Shown here piece after piece: positions 9,835 to 20,196 of a stretch of 64,000 bases of DNA (within the stretch, counting starts at the first letter, position 1; each line of letters begins with the position of its first letter). Both the position numbers and the translations under genes were made by a program. The notes under the pieces were generated by a model. The model searched no databases and was not told the origin of the DNA. It saw nothing but the letters and a program-made list of their open reading frames with translations. Origin of the DNA: an uncultured Acidobacteriota bacterium. GTDB taxonomy: Bacteria > Acidobacteriota > Thermoanaerobaculia > UBA5066. The DNA lies in assembly GCA_963779415.1 (NCBI GenBank), contig CAVZYA010000001.1, forward strand, positions 1,504,001 through 1,568,000. The letters are read 5' to 3'.

Positions 9835-10665
9835 GTGAGCGAAGAGAGACCGCACCCCGGACGCGCCGCAGAGGCCGGCGCCGCCGTATCGGAGCTGGTC
9901 CGCCTGATGGACCGGCTCCGGACGGAGTGCCCGTGGGATCAAAAGCAGACGTTCGGGACCCTCTCGGGCTACCTTCTCGAGGAGTGCTACGAGGCGCTCG
10001 ACGCCCTCTCGCGCGAGGACTGGGACGAAACCGAGGCCGAACTCGGCGACCTCCTCTTCGAGATCGTCTTTCTCGCCCGGCTCGGAAGCGAGACGGGCTC
10101 GTTCGATCTCGCCTCCTCGGCAAGGCGGATCCACGCGAAGATGGTCGCCCGCCACCCGCACGTCTTCGGCGAGGCCGAGGTGCACGACGCAGACGCCGTC
10201 CGGACACAATGGGAGGCGATCAAGGAGAAAGAACGGGAGGCGACGGGAGCTTCCCCCTTTGACGGCGTCCCGAACGCCCTTCCCGCGCTCCTCAAGGCGG
10301 TCCGGATGACCTCGCGTGCGGCCGACCTCGGCTTCGACTGGGAGCGGGATTCCGACGTTCTCGCAAAGCTGGACGAGGAGGTGGCCGAGTTCAAGGCCGA
10401 GCTGACCGCCCCCGGCGGCGAGCGGAAGGAGCGCGTCGAGTCGGAGATCGGAGATCTGCTCTTCACCGTCGTCAACGTCGCCCGCCGGCACGGCGTCGAC
10501 CCCGAGGGCGCCCTCCAGCGGACGAACGAAAGGTTCCGCCGCCGCTTCGAGGAGGTGGTCCGGCGCGTCCGCGCGGCCGGAAAGGATGTCAAGGGGACGC
10601 CCCTCGTCGAGCTGGACGCGCTCTGGGACGAGGTCAAGTCCGCGGAGCGTCCGGGAGATTCCTGA
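9835..10665 (+). CDS. mazG: Nucleoside triphosphate pyrophosphohydrolase MazG
   Basis: LRTECPWDQKQT, EECYE, ELGDLLF, RHPHVFG, and a second EIGDLLF domain. Confidence 0.95.
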   Translation: MSEERPHPGRAAEAGAAVSELVRLMDRLRTECPWDQKQTFGTLSGYLLEECYEALDALSREDWDETEAELGDLLFEIVFLARLGSETGSFDLASSARRIHAKMVARHPHVFGEAEVHDADAVRTQWEAIKEKEREATGASPFDGVPNALPALLKAVRMTSRAADLGFDWERDSDVLAKLDEEVAEFKAELTAPGGERKERVESEIGDLLFTVVNVARRHGVDPEGALQRTNERFRRRFEEVVRRVRAAGKDVKGTPLVELDALWDEVKSAERPGDS

Positions 10666-10670
10666 CGACG

Positions 10671-11582
10671 TCAGGGAACGAGCTCCGAGACCCGGACGGC
10701 TCTCGGCTCATTCTTCCCTCTCCCCATCGCCTCCAGCTTCGGTCCGAGGTACGCGAGCGTCTCCTTGCGCGGGTGGCCGATCACGATCGCCTGGCCGTTC
10801 TTAGCCGCCACGTCGAGGGCGCCTTTCCACGCCGCGTCGAGCGCTTTCGGGGCGCCCCCCTTCGCGGCGGTCTCGGCAGCTACGTCGTCGAGAAAGACGT
10901 CCCGGGCGAGAAACGGCACGCCGAGCGAGGCGGCCTCCCGGGCGGCGACCGAGGCGTTCGTCGTCCGGGAGTCGAGGAAAAAGAGCCCCCGTTCCTTGAC
11001 GACCGCGAGGACGGCACGCATGACGCGAGGATCGGCCGTCGCCTTCGAGCCCTCGTGGTTGTTGAGGCCGATGGCCCCCGGCACCCTTGCGAGAGCGGCG
11101 AAGATCCGGGCGCGGATGGCCGCGTCATCATCCCGCGTCCCGATCGAGTCCGCCTCCGAAGGCCCCGACTCCGGCTCCATCGGAAGGTGGACGAGGAGGT
11201 CCCATCTCCTTTCTCTCGCGAGAGAGACGGCGCGCTCCGCGTGCGGCGCGCCCGGAATCACGGCCACCGCAAGGGGCACGTTCCAGCGCGCGAGAGTCTC
11301 GAGCGCGCGCTCGTCGTAGCCGAGGTCGTCCAGGACGACGGCCACGACACCTCCGGTGCCCCGCTCCCGCTCCACCGACTCGAAATCCGACGGGACGCCC
11401 GGCGGACGGGGCTCGCTCCGGGGCGCCGCGGGCGCGGCGCGGGACGCCCGCGCCGGGACCGGGCCGGCGCTCTCGCGTCCACGGAAGTAGAAGACGCCCG
11501 CCGCGATCGCTCCGGCCGCGACGAGGAAGAAGGCGGCGCGCCGGACGGCGCCGGTCCGTCCGCGCTTCCGCCCCCTCGTCAC
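10671..11582 (-). CDS. Divergent polysaccharide deacetylase (YibQ family)
   Basis: VVLDDLG, LVHLPMEP, GLNNHEGS, FFLDSRT, RDVFLD and IGHPR motifs. Confidence 0.92.
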   Translation of the reverse strand: MTRGRKRGRTGAVRRAAFFLVAAGAIAAGVFYFRGRESAGPVPARASRAAPAAPRSEPRPPGVPSDFESVERERGTGGVVAVVLDDLGYDERALETLARWNVPLAVAVIPGAPHAERAVSLARERRWDLLVHLPMEPESGPSEADSIGTRDDDAAIRARIFAALARVPGAIGLNNHEGSKATADPRVMRAVLAVVKERGLFFLDSRTTNASVAAREAASLGVPFLARDVFLDDVAAETAAKGGAPKALDAAWKGALDVAAKNGQAIVIGHPRKETLAYLGPKLEAMGRGKNEPRAVRVSELVP

Positions 11583-12874
11583 GCCGCGGCTTTCGGTCGC
11601 GACTCGGAGAGGATCTTGACGGCCCGATCGAGGAACGGATCGGCGGGCATGGTGGGGAGCGTCTCGTCGGGGGGGACGTGATAGACACGGTCGTCCGGGA
11701 TGATCCCCTTGGGCGAGAGCGCGCGTCCGGCGAGCGTCCGTATCTTCCCGACGGAGAGCTTCAGCGACCCGCCGCTCTGAAGCTTCACCGTCTCCTGGAC
11801 GAAGCCCATCCCGACGGTCGGCTCACCGACGAGCCGGACCTGCTTGCCGTTCCACGAGGGCGGCGAGCCGCCTTCGTCAGGGATCTCTTCGTCCTCCTCG
11901 GAATCGGCCTTCGGCTTCGACGTCCCCTTCTTTCCGACGGAGACGTTCATCGACTCCGCCACCGCCGCGGCGAAGAGCTCCGCCGGCCCGGCCGTCCCGC
12001 TGTCGACGATCAGGACGAGGCGGCTCTCGTGCACGCGCTCGCCCGGCTCGGCGCGAAACGCCTTCGTTTCGATCTTCCGCCCCTTCAGCTCGCCGAGCGG
12101 CCCGGCCGGGACGAAGAGCGCCGCCGCGCGGGCGGCCTCCTCGAAGGAACCCCAGGCGTTGTCCCTGAGGTCGAGGACGAGCGGCCGGGTCCTGTCAAGC
12201 GGCGCGAGGATCGTCTTCACCGCGGCCGCCGTTCCCGGGGCGAACGAGGGGATCTTCACCGCGGTCTCGCCGCCCGCGCGGCTCGCCGACGGAGTCGCCG
12301 GGGTCCAGCTTCCCCGGACGATGTCGATGGTGTGGCGCCGGGGTTTTCCCTCGCGGACGACGAGAAGGCGGACGCGCCCACCGGGCTTTCCTTCGAGGAG
12401 CGCTTCCACTTCCCAGAGGGCGAGACCCCTCGCCGGGTGGTCGTCGATCTTCTCGATCAGGTCGTCGCTCATCAGCCCGGCGGCCGCCGCCGGGCTTCCC
12501 GCGATCGGAGCCACCACGACGGGATAGTTCATCCGGCGCGCCAGGACGATCCCGAGCTCCGGAAGCTCCTTCGACCGCAACGCCTGGTAGCTCTTGAAAG
12601 CCGGCATCCGGTCGGGGGGAATGTATTCGGCGAACGGATCCATCGCCTCGGTCATCCCCGAAAAGGCTCCGGAGAGAAGTGCCTTGGTGTCGACCTGCTC
12701 GACGTAGTTGCCACGAACGAGCGAGATGACCTCCGTGAAGAGGCCGAGGGGTCGGTAGAGGCTCTCCCTCCCCGCCTTCTCCTTTTCGTCCGCCCCGATT
12801 CCGGGAAGAACGACGAAGAGCGCGAGAAGGAGCGTGGCGGAAGCGGCGACGCCGAGGAGACGGTTGCGGCTCAC
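11579..12874 (-). CDS. CtpA/S41-family PDZ protein with a degenerate active site
   Basis: GTG at 12874 overlaps the dinB stop. Signal peptide, FTEVISLVRGNYVE, PDZ (IAGSPAAAAGL), LDLRDN and KGIIPD. The track's 807-aa ORF is a frameshift fusion with dinB. Confidence 0.8.
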   Translation of the reverse strand: MSRNRLLGVAASATLLLALFVVLPGIGADEKEKAGRESLYRPLGLFTEVISLVRGNYVEQVDTKALLSGAFSGMTEAMDPFAEYIPPDRMPAFKSYQALRSKELPELGIVLARRMNYPVVVAPIAGSPAAAAGLMSDDLIEKIDDHPARGLALWEVEALLEGKPGGRVRLLVVREGKPRRHTIDIVRGSWTPATPSASRAGGETAVKIPSFAPGTAAAVKTILAPLDRTRPLVLDLRDNAWGSFEEAARAAALFVPAGPLGELKGRKIETKAFRAEPGERVHESRLVLIVDSGTAGPAELFAAAVAESMNVSVGKKGTSKPKADSEEDEEIPDEGGSPPSWNGKQVRLVGEPTVGMGFVQETVKLQSGGSLKLSVGKIRTLAGRALSPKGIIPDDRVYHVPPDETLPTMPADPFLDRAVKILSESRPKAAA

Positions 12875-14002
12875 GGGCGGATGATACCCGCCCCGAGGAG
12901 CGGAAGGTCCAGCGGGAGCTGCGGGTCGTCCGCCGCTCTCTCCTCGCGATCGGGGGATTCGAAGCCGTGCACCGAGACGCCCAGAAGGCGGACCGGCCGT
13001 CCCCCGGCCTCGGTCCTCGCGAGAAGCGCGGCGGCGCGCCGTCCGATCTCCGCAGCATCGCGCGTCGCCGGCCGGCGCGTTTCGCTCCGGGTGATCGTCG
13101 CAAAGTCGGCATAGCGGACCTTGAGCGTCACCGTCCGCGCGAAAAGGCTCCGCCGCGAGAGCCACCCGGCGACCTCCACCGCCATCCGCTCGATCTCGCT
13201 CCGCATCAGCCGGCGGTCGACGAGATCGCGCGAGTAGGTCTCCTCCGTGCCGCACGATTTCGCCGCGCGGTCGGGGACGACGGGGCGCTCGTCGATCCCC
13301 TGCGCGAGAGCGACGAGCGTCTCCGCCCAGCTCCCGACCGTCCGGCGGAGGAGCCCCGGGTCCGCCGTCCGGAGGTCGCACGAGCCTCTCGATCCCCGCC
13401 GCGCGGAGCTTCGCCGCCGTGACCGGGCCGACACCCCAGAGCGCATCGACCGGGAGCTTCGCGAGAAACGCCTCGACCTTTTCCGGGGCGATGACGGTCA
13501 GTCCGTCCGGCTTCTTCCAGCCGGAGGCAATCTTCGCGAGGAACTTGTTCGGCGCGACGCCGGCCGAGGCGGTGAGGCGCGTCGCGGCGAGGATCTCCGC
13601 CTTCAGCCTCCGGGCGACGTCCCGGCCGAGCGGCTCATGCCAGGCGTTCTCCGTCACGTCGAGGTACGCCTCGTCGAGGGAGAGGGGCTCGACGAGCGGC
13701 GTGACGGCGCGGAAGAGGTCGAAGACCTGCCGCGAGACGGCACGGTAGCGGGCGAAATCGGGCCTCACGACGACGAGCGAGGGGCAGAGGCGGACGGCCC
13801 GCGCCATCGGGATCGCCGAACGGACGCCGTACTCACGCGCCTCGTAGCTCGCCGCCGCGACGACCCCGCGCCCTTTCGGATCGCCCCCGACGGCCACGGG
13901 CTTTCCCTTCAGCTTCGGGTCGTCGCGCTGCTCCACGGACGCGTAGAACGCGTCCATGTCGACGTGCACGATCCGCCGGACGGGGCGTTCCGCGTCCCCC
14001 AC
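12871..14002 (-). CDS. dinB: DNA polymerase IV, with one +1 frameshift near 13379
   Basis: IVHVDMDAFYASVEQRD, SLDEAYLD and GVAPNKFLAKIAS in one frame; KSCGTEETY, TVTLKVRY and VRLLGV in the next frame. Confidence 0.92.
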
Positions 14003-14026
14003 CCCTTCATTCTGCGACGGCGGCGC

Positions 14027-15236
14027 CTACCGCAGCCAGGCCGCCGGGTCGACGGAGGCGCGGTTGTCGCGGATCTCGAAGTAGAGGCCCGGGATCTCGT
14101 CCTCGGACGACGGCGAGGCGAGGACGCCGACGGCTTCGCCGAGCGAGACGCGCTGGCCGCGCAGGAGCGTCGTCGGCGTGAGCCGCCCGTAGAGGGTGAA
14201 GACGCCGTCGCCGTGGTCGAGGACGACGAGGTTGCCGTATCCCCTCAGCCATTGGGCATAGACGACCTCCCCCGCGAAGATCGCCCGGACGGTCGAATCG
14301 GGAGGCGCGTCGATCGTCCAGCCCGACGAGCGGAGGAAGGTGTTCGGAAAGTTCGGGTTCGCGATCCGGCCGAACGGAGAGCGCGACTTTCCCCTTCGCG
14401 GGCCAGTCGAGCGCCCCGCGGAAATTCCGGATGGAGGCGGCGCCGGGGGGAAGGGTCCGCCCATGACTCTCGAGAAGGTCGAGGAGGGAGGCGAGTCGCT
14501 GCGACTTCTCCTCGAGCGTCGAGACGGCCTCCCGTTCCTCTTCGGAGCTCTTGCGGACCCGGGCAAGGAGAGCGGCCTGCTCCGCCCGCGCCGCCGCCAG
14601 GCCGCGCTCGCGCCGCCGCTCCTCGACGGCGAGGGCGGCGAGCTCGCGCCGCCGCTCCGAGAGCCCGAACTCGAGGGACGTGAGCGACCGGAGTGCTTCC
14701 TCGTAACGCGACAGCAGCGCCGCGTCGTGGCGCACGAGATGCGCGAGGACCTTGATCCCCTCGAGAAGCGCCGGGGCGCTCTCGGCCGCGACGATCGGGC
14801 GCAGGTAGCCGAGCCTTCCGAGGCGGTAGAGCGCCGCCATCCGGGCCGAGAGATCGGACCGGAGCGTCGTGACCGAGGCGGCCGCGGCGGAAAGCTCCGC
14901 TTTCGCCCGCGCGGCGCTCTGTTCGGTCTCGGCCTTTCGCAGCTCCACGACCCGGCGCTCGGCCGTCTGGATCTCGAGATTCAGCTCCGCGGCCGCAAGG
15001 GCCTCCTTCAGGTCCTTCTCCTTCTGCCGTGTCGCGTCGTACCGGCCCTTCAGCTCCGTGAGACGTCGCCGGAGAGCCGCCAGCTCCCGCTTCCGATCCT
15101 CGACCGCGACCGGCTCCTCGGGGCGCGGAGAGGAGGCTTCGGCCGGAAGGGGAACGGGAGCGTCCGGCGGAGGCGCCTGCGCCAGGAGCGTCCCGGCGCC
15201 GGCGAAGAGGAGCGCGGCGGCGAGAGCCCGTCTCAG
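14027..15236 (-). CDS. envC: Murein hydrolase activator EnvC-like (coiled coil plus degenerate M23 domain), frameshift near 14378
   Basis: Signal peptide, long coiled coil and RGALDWPAKGKV, then in the next frame GEVVYAQWLRGYGNLVVLDHG..LYFEIR..DP. Zinc ligands are absent, as in EnvC. Confidence 0.8.
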
Positions 15237-17392
15237 AACAGAGGCTCTCCGTCGAGCTTCTCGGGCGGCGGGACGCCGAGGGCCTTGAGGATCGTCGCCG
15301 GAACGTCGGCGATGGCGGCCGCATGGCCTGCCGGAAGCTTCCGGCTCGAGAAGAGGATTCCCGGGACGAGGTCCGGGTCGAGCGAGCAATGGTCGCCCGA
15401 CCAGACCTGCCGGTTGTCCTCGAACATCTCCTTGGTCACGACGCCGAGGCTGCTCTGCCAGCTCACCCGGTAGCCGCGTGTATTCGTCACGAAGAGGTCG
15501 GGGATGATGTCGGCGTCGAAGGCGCCGTAGGCCTCCTCGCGCGTGAAGACGCGCGAGACCGGGTGTTCGCCGCTCTTCGGGTCGACGACCGCGAGAAGTC
15601 CGTCGGCGATCTCCTTGCGTACCTTCTCGTACTCGGCGCCGGGCGCGACCGTCCCCTTCCCCTCGCGTCCCTTCAGGTTGATGTAGATCTCCCCGAGCCC
15701 CATCGAGTAGGCCTTCGTCCGCGACCAGTCGACGTTGGGCCAGAACTCCCCCTGTCCGAAGAGCTGCTCGAGGTCGGCCTGCTTCCCCTCCGCGCCCGTC
15801 AGGGCGAGGAAGCCGTGATCGACGAGCCACGTGTTGTAGTTTACCGACCGCCGCCACGTGGAGAAGCCGTGGTCGGAAAGGACGAGGAAGAGGTCGTCCG
15901 GACCGAGCCTCTTCATCGCGTCGCCCACGATGTCGTCCATCTTCTGGTAGGTCTCGAGGACCGCCGGGGCCCACCGGGCCGCCTCCGAAGCGTCGTAGGC
16001 GGGGTGCTTCGGGTCGAGGAAGCGCCAGAAGCAGTGCGCCACGCGGTCGGGGAACTCGTAGATCTGGACGAAGAGGTCGAGGTCCTTCTCGTCGAGAAAG
16101 CCGTCCATCATCTGGCGGAACTTGGCCTGGGTGAAGTCGACGTCCTCGAGAAAGGTCTTCTCGTCGATCGTCTGCTCGCTCATCGACCAGGTGTCGATCA
16201 GCCACCCCATCGTCTTGTAGAGGCCGTACGTCCTCACGAGCCGCTTCGAGAGGGACGCGGGCGCGGTGATCTTCACGGAGGGGGGGAGGTCGGCCGGATT
16301 GAAGTGGATCGGCGAGAGGTAGAGCTGGATCTCCGGCGCGAGGGTCGCGAGATGGAATCGGCCGATGCCGGTCATCTTCACGAGCGAATTGAAGGGAAAG
16401 GTGAAGACGACCCAGGGCGACCACTCCCCCGGCTTCAGCGTCACCGCTCCGGAGCCCTGGGGCTCGATCCGGAGCGCCGTGCCCCCCTCCTCCACCGTCA
16501 GCGTCATCGGAATCTTGATGACCGGCGGTTCCTTGAAGAGCTTGTTGTACGGGCCGAAGACCTCCGTCCGGATCGTCCCCGTGTTCGACTCGAGGCGGAT
16601 CAGCTCCACGGAGAACTCGTTCTTGTTCTTCGGCGCGAAGAACGGGTCCGACGTGTAGTAGCTCGGCGTCCCGATCCGCCCGCGGATGTCGGGGACGCCG
16701 AGGCCGGACATCAGGCGGCCGGCCGAAAAGTCGGCGGCCGGAAAGGTCACCGGCACGTGCATGACGACCGAGCGGATCCCCTGCTTCGCCGCGGCCTCCC
16801 AGAAGGGAACGCCGCGCCGGTTGTTCTTCACCGTGGGGATCTCCGTCGGAAGGAGCGCCGAGAGCCGGACCCCGAGAAAGCCCGCCCCGATCGCGGCCAC
16901 GAGCCCCCCCGCGAGCGCCACCTTCCCTCGCCGTCCCGGAAGGGCCTTCAGGAGCCCGCCGACGACCGCGAACGCGAGAAGACCGAGCAGGGCCGGCACC
17001 GCCACGCGGTTCCCTTTTCCGAGGAGAAACGGCTTCGTACCCTCCTCGGCGATGGCGAACTCCGGACGGTACGTCTTCGGATCCCGCTTGAGGAAGTCGA
17101 AGATCATCGTCCGCCCGGGGCAGAGCCCCGTCGAGAAGGTCGACCACGAGACGGGCGTCTGGGCCGGAATCGTCGGGCGGAGCTTCTCGAACGTCCCCTT
17201 CTCGGCCAGCTTCGCGAGGTTCGGAAGCTTCCCCTCGGCCATCCATTTCGACACCAGCTCGTAATCCGCGCCGTCGAAGCCGAGGACGACGACTCTTCCA
17301 TGCGGCGCGGCGGCCGCCCCCGACGCGGCGAGGAGGACGACGAGAAGGAGGACGCGGGCGCTCCGGGTGAAGAGCTGCGGTTTGATGTGCAC
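15233..17392 (-). CDS. Alkaline-phosphatase superfamily / nucleotide pyrophosphatase-phosphodiesterase protein
   Basis: VVVLGFDGAD, PTIPAQTPVSWSTFSTG, DRVAH, LSDHGF and SGDH motifs. Confidence 0.85.
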   Translation of the reverse strand: MHIKPQLFTRSARVLLLVVLLAASGAAAAPHGRVVVLGFDGADYELVSKWMAEGKLPNLAKLAEKGTFEKLRPTIPAQTPVSWSTFSTGLCPGRTMIFDFLKRDPKTYRPEFAIAEEGTKPFLLGKGNRVAVPALLGLLAFAVVGGLLKALPGRRGKVALAGGLVAAIGAGFLGVRLSALLPTEIPTVKNNRRGVPFWEAAAKQGIRSVVMHVPVTFPAADFSAGRLMSGLGVPDIRGRIGTPSYYTSDPFFAPKNKNEFSVELIRLESNTGTIRTEVFGPYNKLFKEPPVIKIPMTLTVEEGGTALRIEPQGSGAVTLKPGEWSPWVVFTFPFNSLVKMTGIGRFHLATLAPEIQLYLSPIHFNPADLPPSVKITAPASLSKRLVRTYGLYKTMGWLIDTWSMSEQTIDEKTFLEDVDFTQAKFRQMMDGFLDEKDLDLFVQIYEFPDRVAHCFWRFLDPKHPAYDASEAARWAPAVLETYQKMDDIVGDAMKRLGPDDLFLVLSDHGFSTWRRSVNYNTWLVDHGFLALTGAEGKQADLEQLFGQGEFWPNVDWSRTKAYSMGLGEIYINLKGREGKGTVAPGAEYEKVRKEIADGLLAVVDPKSGEHPVSRVFTREEAYGAFDADIIPDLFVTNTRGYRVSWQSSLGVVTKEMFEDNRQVWSGDHCSLDPDLVPGILFSSRKLPAGHAAAIADVPATILKALGVPPPEKLDGEPLF

Positions 17393-17531
17393 GCGGAATT
17401 CTAGCCTCTGGCATCTCGCGGGACTCTCGATCGCCGTCCACGCGGCGGGTCTCGCCGATGTCGAGACGATCGACCTCTTCGGCGACCTCACCTTTCTGAA
17501 GAACGTCGGGAGGAAGTGAGCGGAGCGGGCG

Positions 17532-18371
17532 TCACTTCCGCTGCAGCGCCCCATGGACCGTCCGGGCGGCGACGGCGGAAAGGACGATGGCGCCGCCGAG
17601 GGCGGCCCACGCCGTGGGGCGCTCGCCGATCCCGATGAGGACCCAGATCGGCGAGAGGACCGGCTCGAGCATCGAGAGAAGCGACGCCTCGGCCGCCGGC
17701 ACGACGCTGAGGCCCTTCACGTAGAGGAGGTAGCTGATTCCCATCTGGACGACGCCGAGGAAGACGACGAGAGCCGCCCCTTTCGCGTCGAGCGCGAGGT
17801 TCCCCCACGAGAACGGCAGGGCGAAGAGCGCGGCGAGGAGGTTCCCGAGGAGGACCGACGCCATGGCGTCCCGGGACGTGTCGCGCCGGAGGAAGAGGAT
17901 GACCCCCCCGAAGAAGAGGCCGGAGAAGACCGCGACGACGTTTCCGGCCAGCGCCCCCGCCTCGAGCCTGCCGACGAAAAAGAGCGTCATCCCTAGGAGC
18001 GACACGACGAGCGTCACGAGGTCGGCCCGGCGGAACGGCTCCTTGAGAAGGATCGGCGCGAAGAGGAGGACATAGACCGGCGCGGTGTACTGGAGAAAGA
18101 TCGCGTTGGCGGCCGTCGTCATCTTCGTCGCCGAGATGAAGCTCAGGATCATCGCGGCGTAGATGAGGGCCGTCGTCCACGAGGCACGCCGCCACCGGTC
18201 CATGCCGGGCCGGAGGACGACGATCAGAAAGAGCGCCGTCAGAAGAGAGCGCCAGAAGGCGACGCCGACGGCCGGCAGCGGGACGAGCTTGATGGCGAGA
18301 CCGCCGGTCGACCAGAGGAGCGCGGCGGCCGTGATCAGGAGACGGCCCTTTCGGGGCGTGACCGGGTTCAA
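17532..18371 (-). CDS. EamA/DMT-family transporter
   Basis: TTG at 18371 overlaps the upstream TGA. LWSTGGLAIK, ANAIFLQYTAP and LEPVLSPIW; about 10 TM helices. Confidence 0.88.
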   Translation of the reverse strand: MNPVTPRKGRLLITAAALLWSTGGLAIKLVPLPAVGVAFWRSLLTALFLIVVLRPGMDRWRRASWTTALIYAAMILSFISATKMTTAANAIFLQYTAPVYVLLFAPILLKEPFRRADLVTLVVSLLGMTLFFVGRLEAGALAGNVVAVFSGLFFGGVILFLRRDTSRDAMASVLLGNLLAALFALPFSWGNLALDAKGAALVVFLGVVQMGISYLLYVKGLSVVPAAEASLLSMLEPVLSPIWVLIGIGERPTAWAALGGAIVLSAVAARTVHGALQRK

Positions 18372-19495
18372 GCTCCGGGGATTCTGCGCCGGATCGCCGC
18401 GATCGAGACGTCGTCTTCCGGCGGCTCGATGCCGAGGAACCGCCGGAGCTCCTCCGAGAGCGCCGCGACGAGGAGCGACGGGGTCGCGAAGGCCCTCGAC
18501 GCGACCGCTTCCGCCCGCGGGTCGCCGAACTCCTCGCCGGAAGCGCTCCGCGCTTCGGGAAGGCCGTCGGAATAGAAGAGAAGCATCTCTCCGGTACCGA
18601 GCGCCCCCTCGAACGTCTTCCACTCCCCCTTCTCGCGGACGCCAAAGGGGTAGGCACCCGTCCCGATCCGCTCGGCGACCCGCCCGTCCGGGCCGAGGCG
18701 GAGAACCGGCGGATGCCCCGCCACGACAGCGGACCAGCCCCCTTCGGGCGAGAGGAGCATGACGATTCCCGCGAAGAAGGCACGCCCGCCTGAGGTCCGG
18801 CAGGCGCCGGTCCGGCAGAGCACCCGGTTCAGGGCGAAGGCAACGGCTGCGGGCGACGGGTCGCTCTCGATCTGCGTCCGGAAGGCCGACTGCGTGACGG
18901 CCATCAGGAGCCCGGCGGCCATTCCATGCCCCGAGGCGTCCCCGAAGAGGACGACGAGGCGGCCGTCCGGGAGGGGGACGAAGTCGTACAGGTCCCCGCC
19001 GACGGTGTTGGCGACGCGGTTGAAGCCCGCCAGCTCCCAGTGCGGCGTCTCCGGAAGGGCCTCGGGGACGAGATCGGCTTGCAGGTCGCGTGCCATCAGG
19101 AGCTCGTCCCGGAAGTGGAGCTTGTCGACCAGCTCGAGAGCGACGAGGACGATGAGGAGGATCACCGCGAGGAAGACGAGCCCGAACCCGCGGCTCGCGT
19201 CCGTGACCCGGTCCGGCGGGGCCACGACCCCGAGAAGGGCGAGGAGGAGTGCAAGGGTGAAGAGGATCCGACGGGCGGGAGTCAGCCTCCGGACCATTCC
19301 GTAAAGGAGGGCGTTCGCCCTCTTCAGCCCGCGCCGGAACCTTCGCGGCTCGGCGTCGATCTCGTCCCGGTGCTCCGCGAGAAAAACGCGGACCGCCTTC
19401 CGCCACTCGACGTCGTAGAGACCCTGGACGTCGCGCGCCTCGACGCCCCGGGCCGTCTCCCGGACCAGGGCCTTCCAATCCGAGCGGCTCGGCAT
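18368..19495 (-). CDS. Membrane PP2C/SpoIIE (RsbU-like) phosphatase
   Basis: ARDLQ, VGGDLYDF, GDASGHG, AGHPP, YSDGLPEA and DDVS motifs. Confidence 0.9.
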   Translation of the reverse strand: MPSRSDWKALVRETARGVEARDVQGLYDVEWRKAVRVFLAEHRDEIDAEPRRFRRGLKRANALLYGMVRRLTPARRILFTLALLLALLGVVAPPDRVTDASRGFGLVFLAVILLIVLVALELVDKLHFRDELLMARDLQADLVPEALPETPHWELAGFNRVANTVGGDLYDFVPLPDGRLVVLFGDASGHGMAAGLLMAVTQSAFRTQIESDPSPAAVAFALNRVLCRTGACRTSGGRAFFAGIVMLLSPEGGWSAVVAGHPPVLRLGPDGRVAERIGTGAYPFGVREKGEWKTFEGALGTGEMLLFYSDGLPEARSASGEEFGDPRAEAVASRAFATPSLLVAALSEELRRFLGIEPPEDDVSIAAIRRRIPGA

Positions 19496-19537
19496 ACGTT
19501 CTCTTGTACGCGCCCGGCGGGCGCGAGTTTCCGCGCC

Positions 19538-20155
19538 TCAGCCGGCCGGAGTCGGCGGAAGGAGCGGCAGAAGCTCCGCGAGCGAATCGATCCGTGCCCC
19601 GTCTCCGTACCGGTAGCCGACGAACGGGACGGGAGCCCGGAGGGCGGCCTCGGCGTCGTAGCGGGAGTCGCCGACGAAGAGCGACTCGGCGAGCGGAACC
19701 CCGAGGCGGGAGGCCGCGAGGTGGAGAAGGGCCGGATCGGGCTTTCCCGCCCCCGCCTCGTCCGCCGCGGCGACGTCGTCGACGAGCGGGAGAAGGCCGG
19801 CTCCCGCGAGAATCCTTCCCGCGAGGGGGCGCGTCGTGTTCGTGGCCACACACGTCGAGACGCCGCGCGCGCGCGCCTCGGCCAGAAGCGCCGGCGCCTC
19901 CGCGTTCGGCCGGATCCGGTCGAGGCGCCTCTCGAAGAAGCGGGCATAGGCGACGTTGATCTCCTCGACGGTCCGCTCGGGCATGTACATCGCCCGGTCC
20001 GCTTCCGTCCCGTTGCCGTAGATCTCCTCGAAAGCCTCCCGCGGGATCGCGGGATGGCCGAAGAATCCGAGCGTCTCGTTGTAGACGGCGTACCAGGCGT
20101 CCTCGGAGAAGACGAGGACCCCGTCCATGTCGAGGAGAAGGGCCCGTACGGTCAC
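19538..20155 (-). CDS. HAD-superfamily hydrolase
   Basis: LLDMDGVL, VATN, KPDP and FVGDSRYD motifs. Confidence 0.9.
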   Translation of the reverse strand: MTVRALLLDMDGVLVFSEDAWYAVYNETLGFFGHPAIPREAFEEIYGNGTEADRAMYMPERTVEEINVAYARFFERRLDRIRPNAEAPALLAEARARGVSTCVATNTTRPLAGRILAGAGLLPLVDDVAAADEAGAGKPDPALLHLAASRLGVPLAESLFVGDSRYDAEAALRAPVPFVGYRYGDGARIDSLAELLPLLPPTPAG

Positions 20156-20196
20156 CGCTGGCGATCTTGACATGGCCGGGTGAGAATCCGCCCCCC

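Noticed and set aside
11579-14002. 807-aa apparent DinB-CtpA fusion
   Set aside because: Produced by a +1 indel in dinB. DinB finishes in another frame, and the ctpA-like gene has its own GTG and signal peptide.
14027-14400. Loss of M23 zinc ligands as a novelty
   Set aside because: This is the expected, known property of EnvC-type amidase activators.
20168-20188. TTGACA...GAGAAT as an sthA promoter
   Set aside because: The spacing of about 9 nt is too short for a sigma70 promoter.
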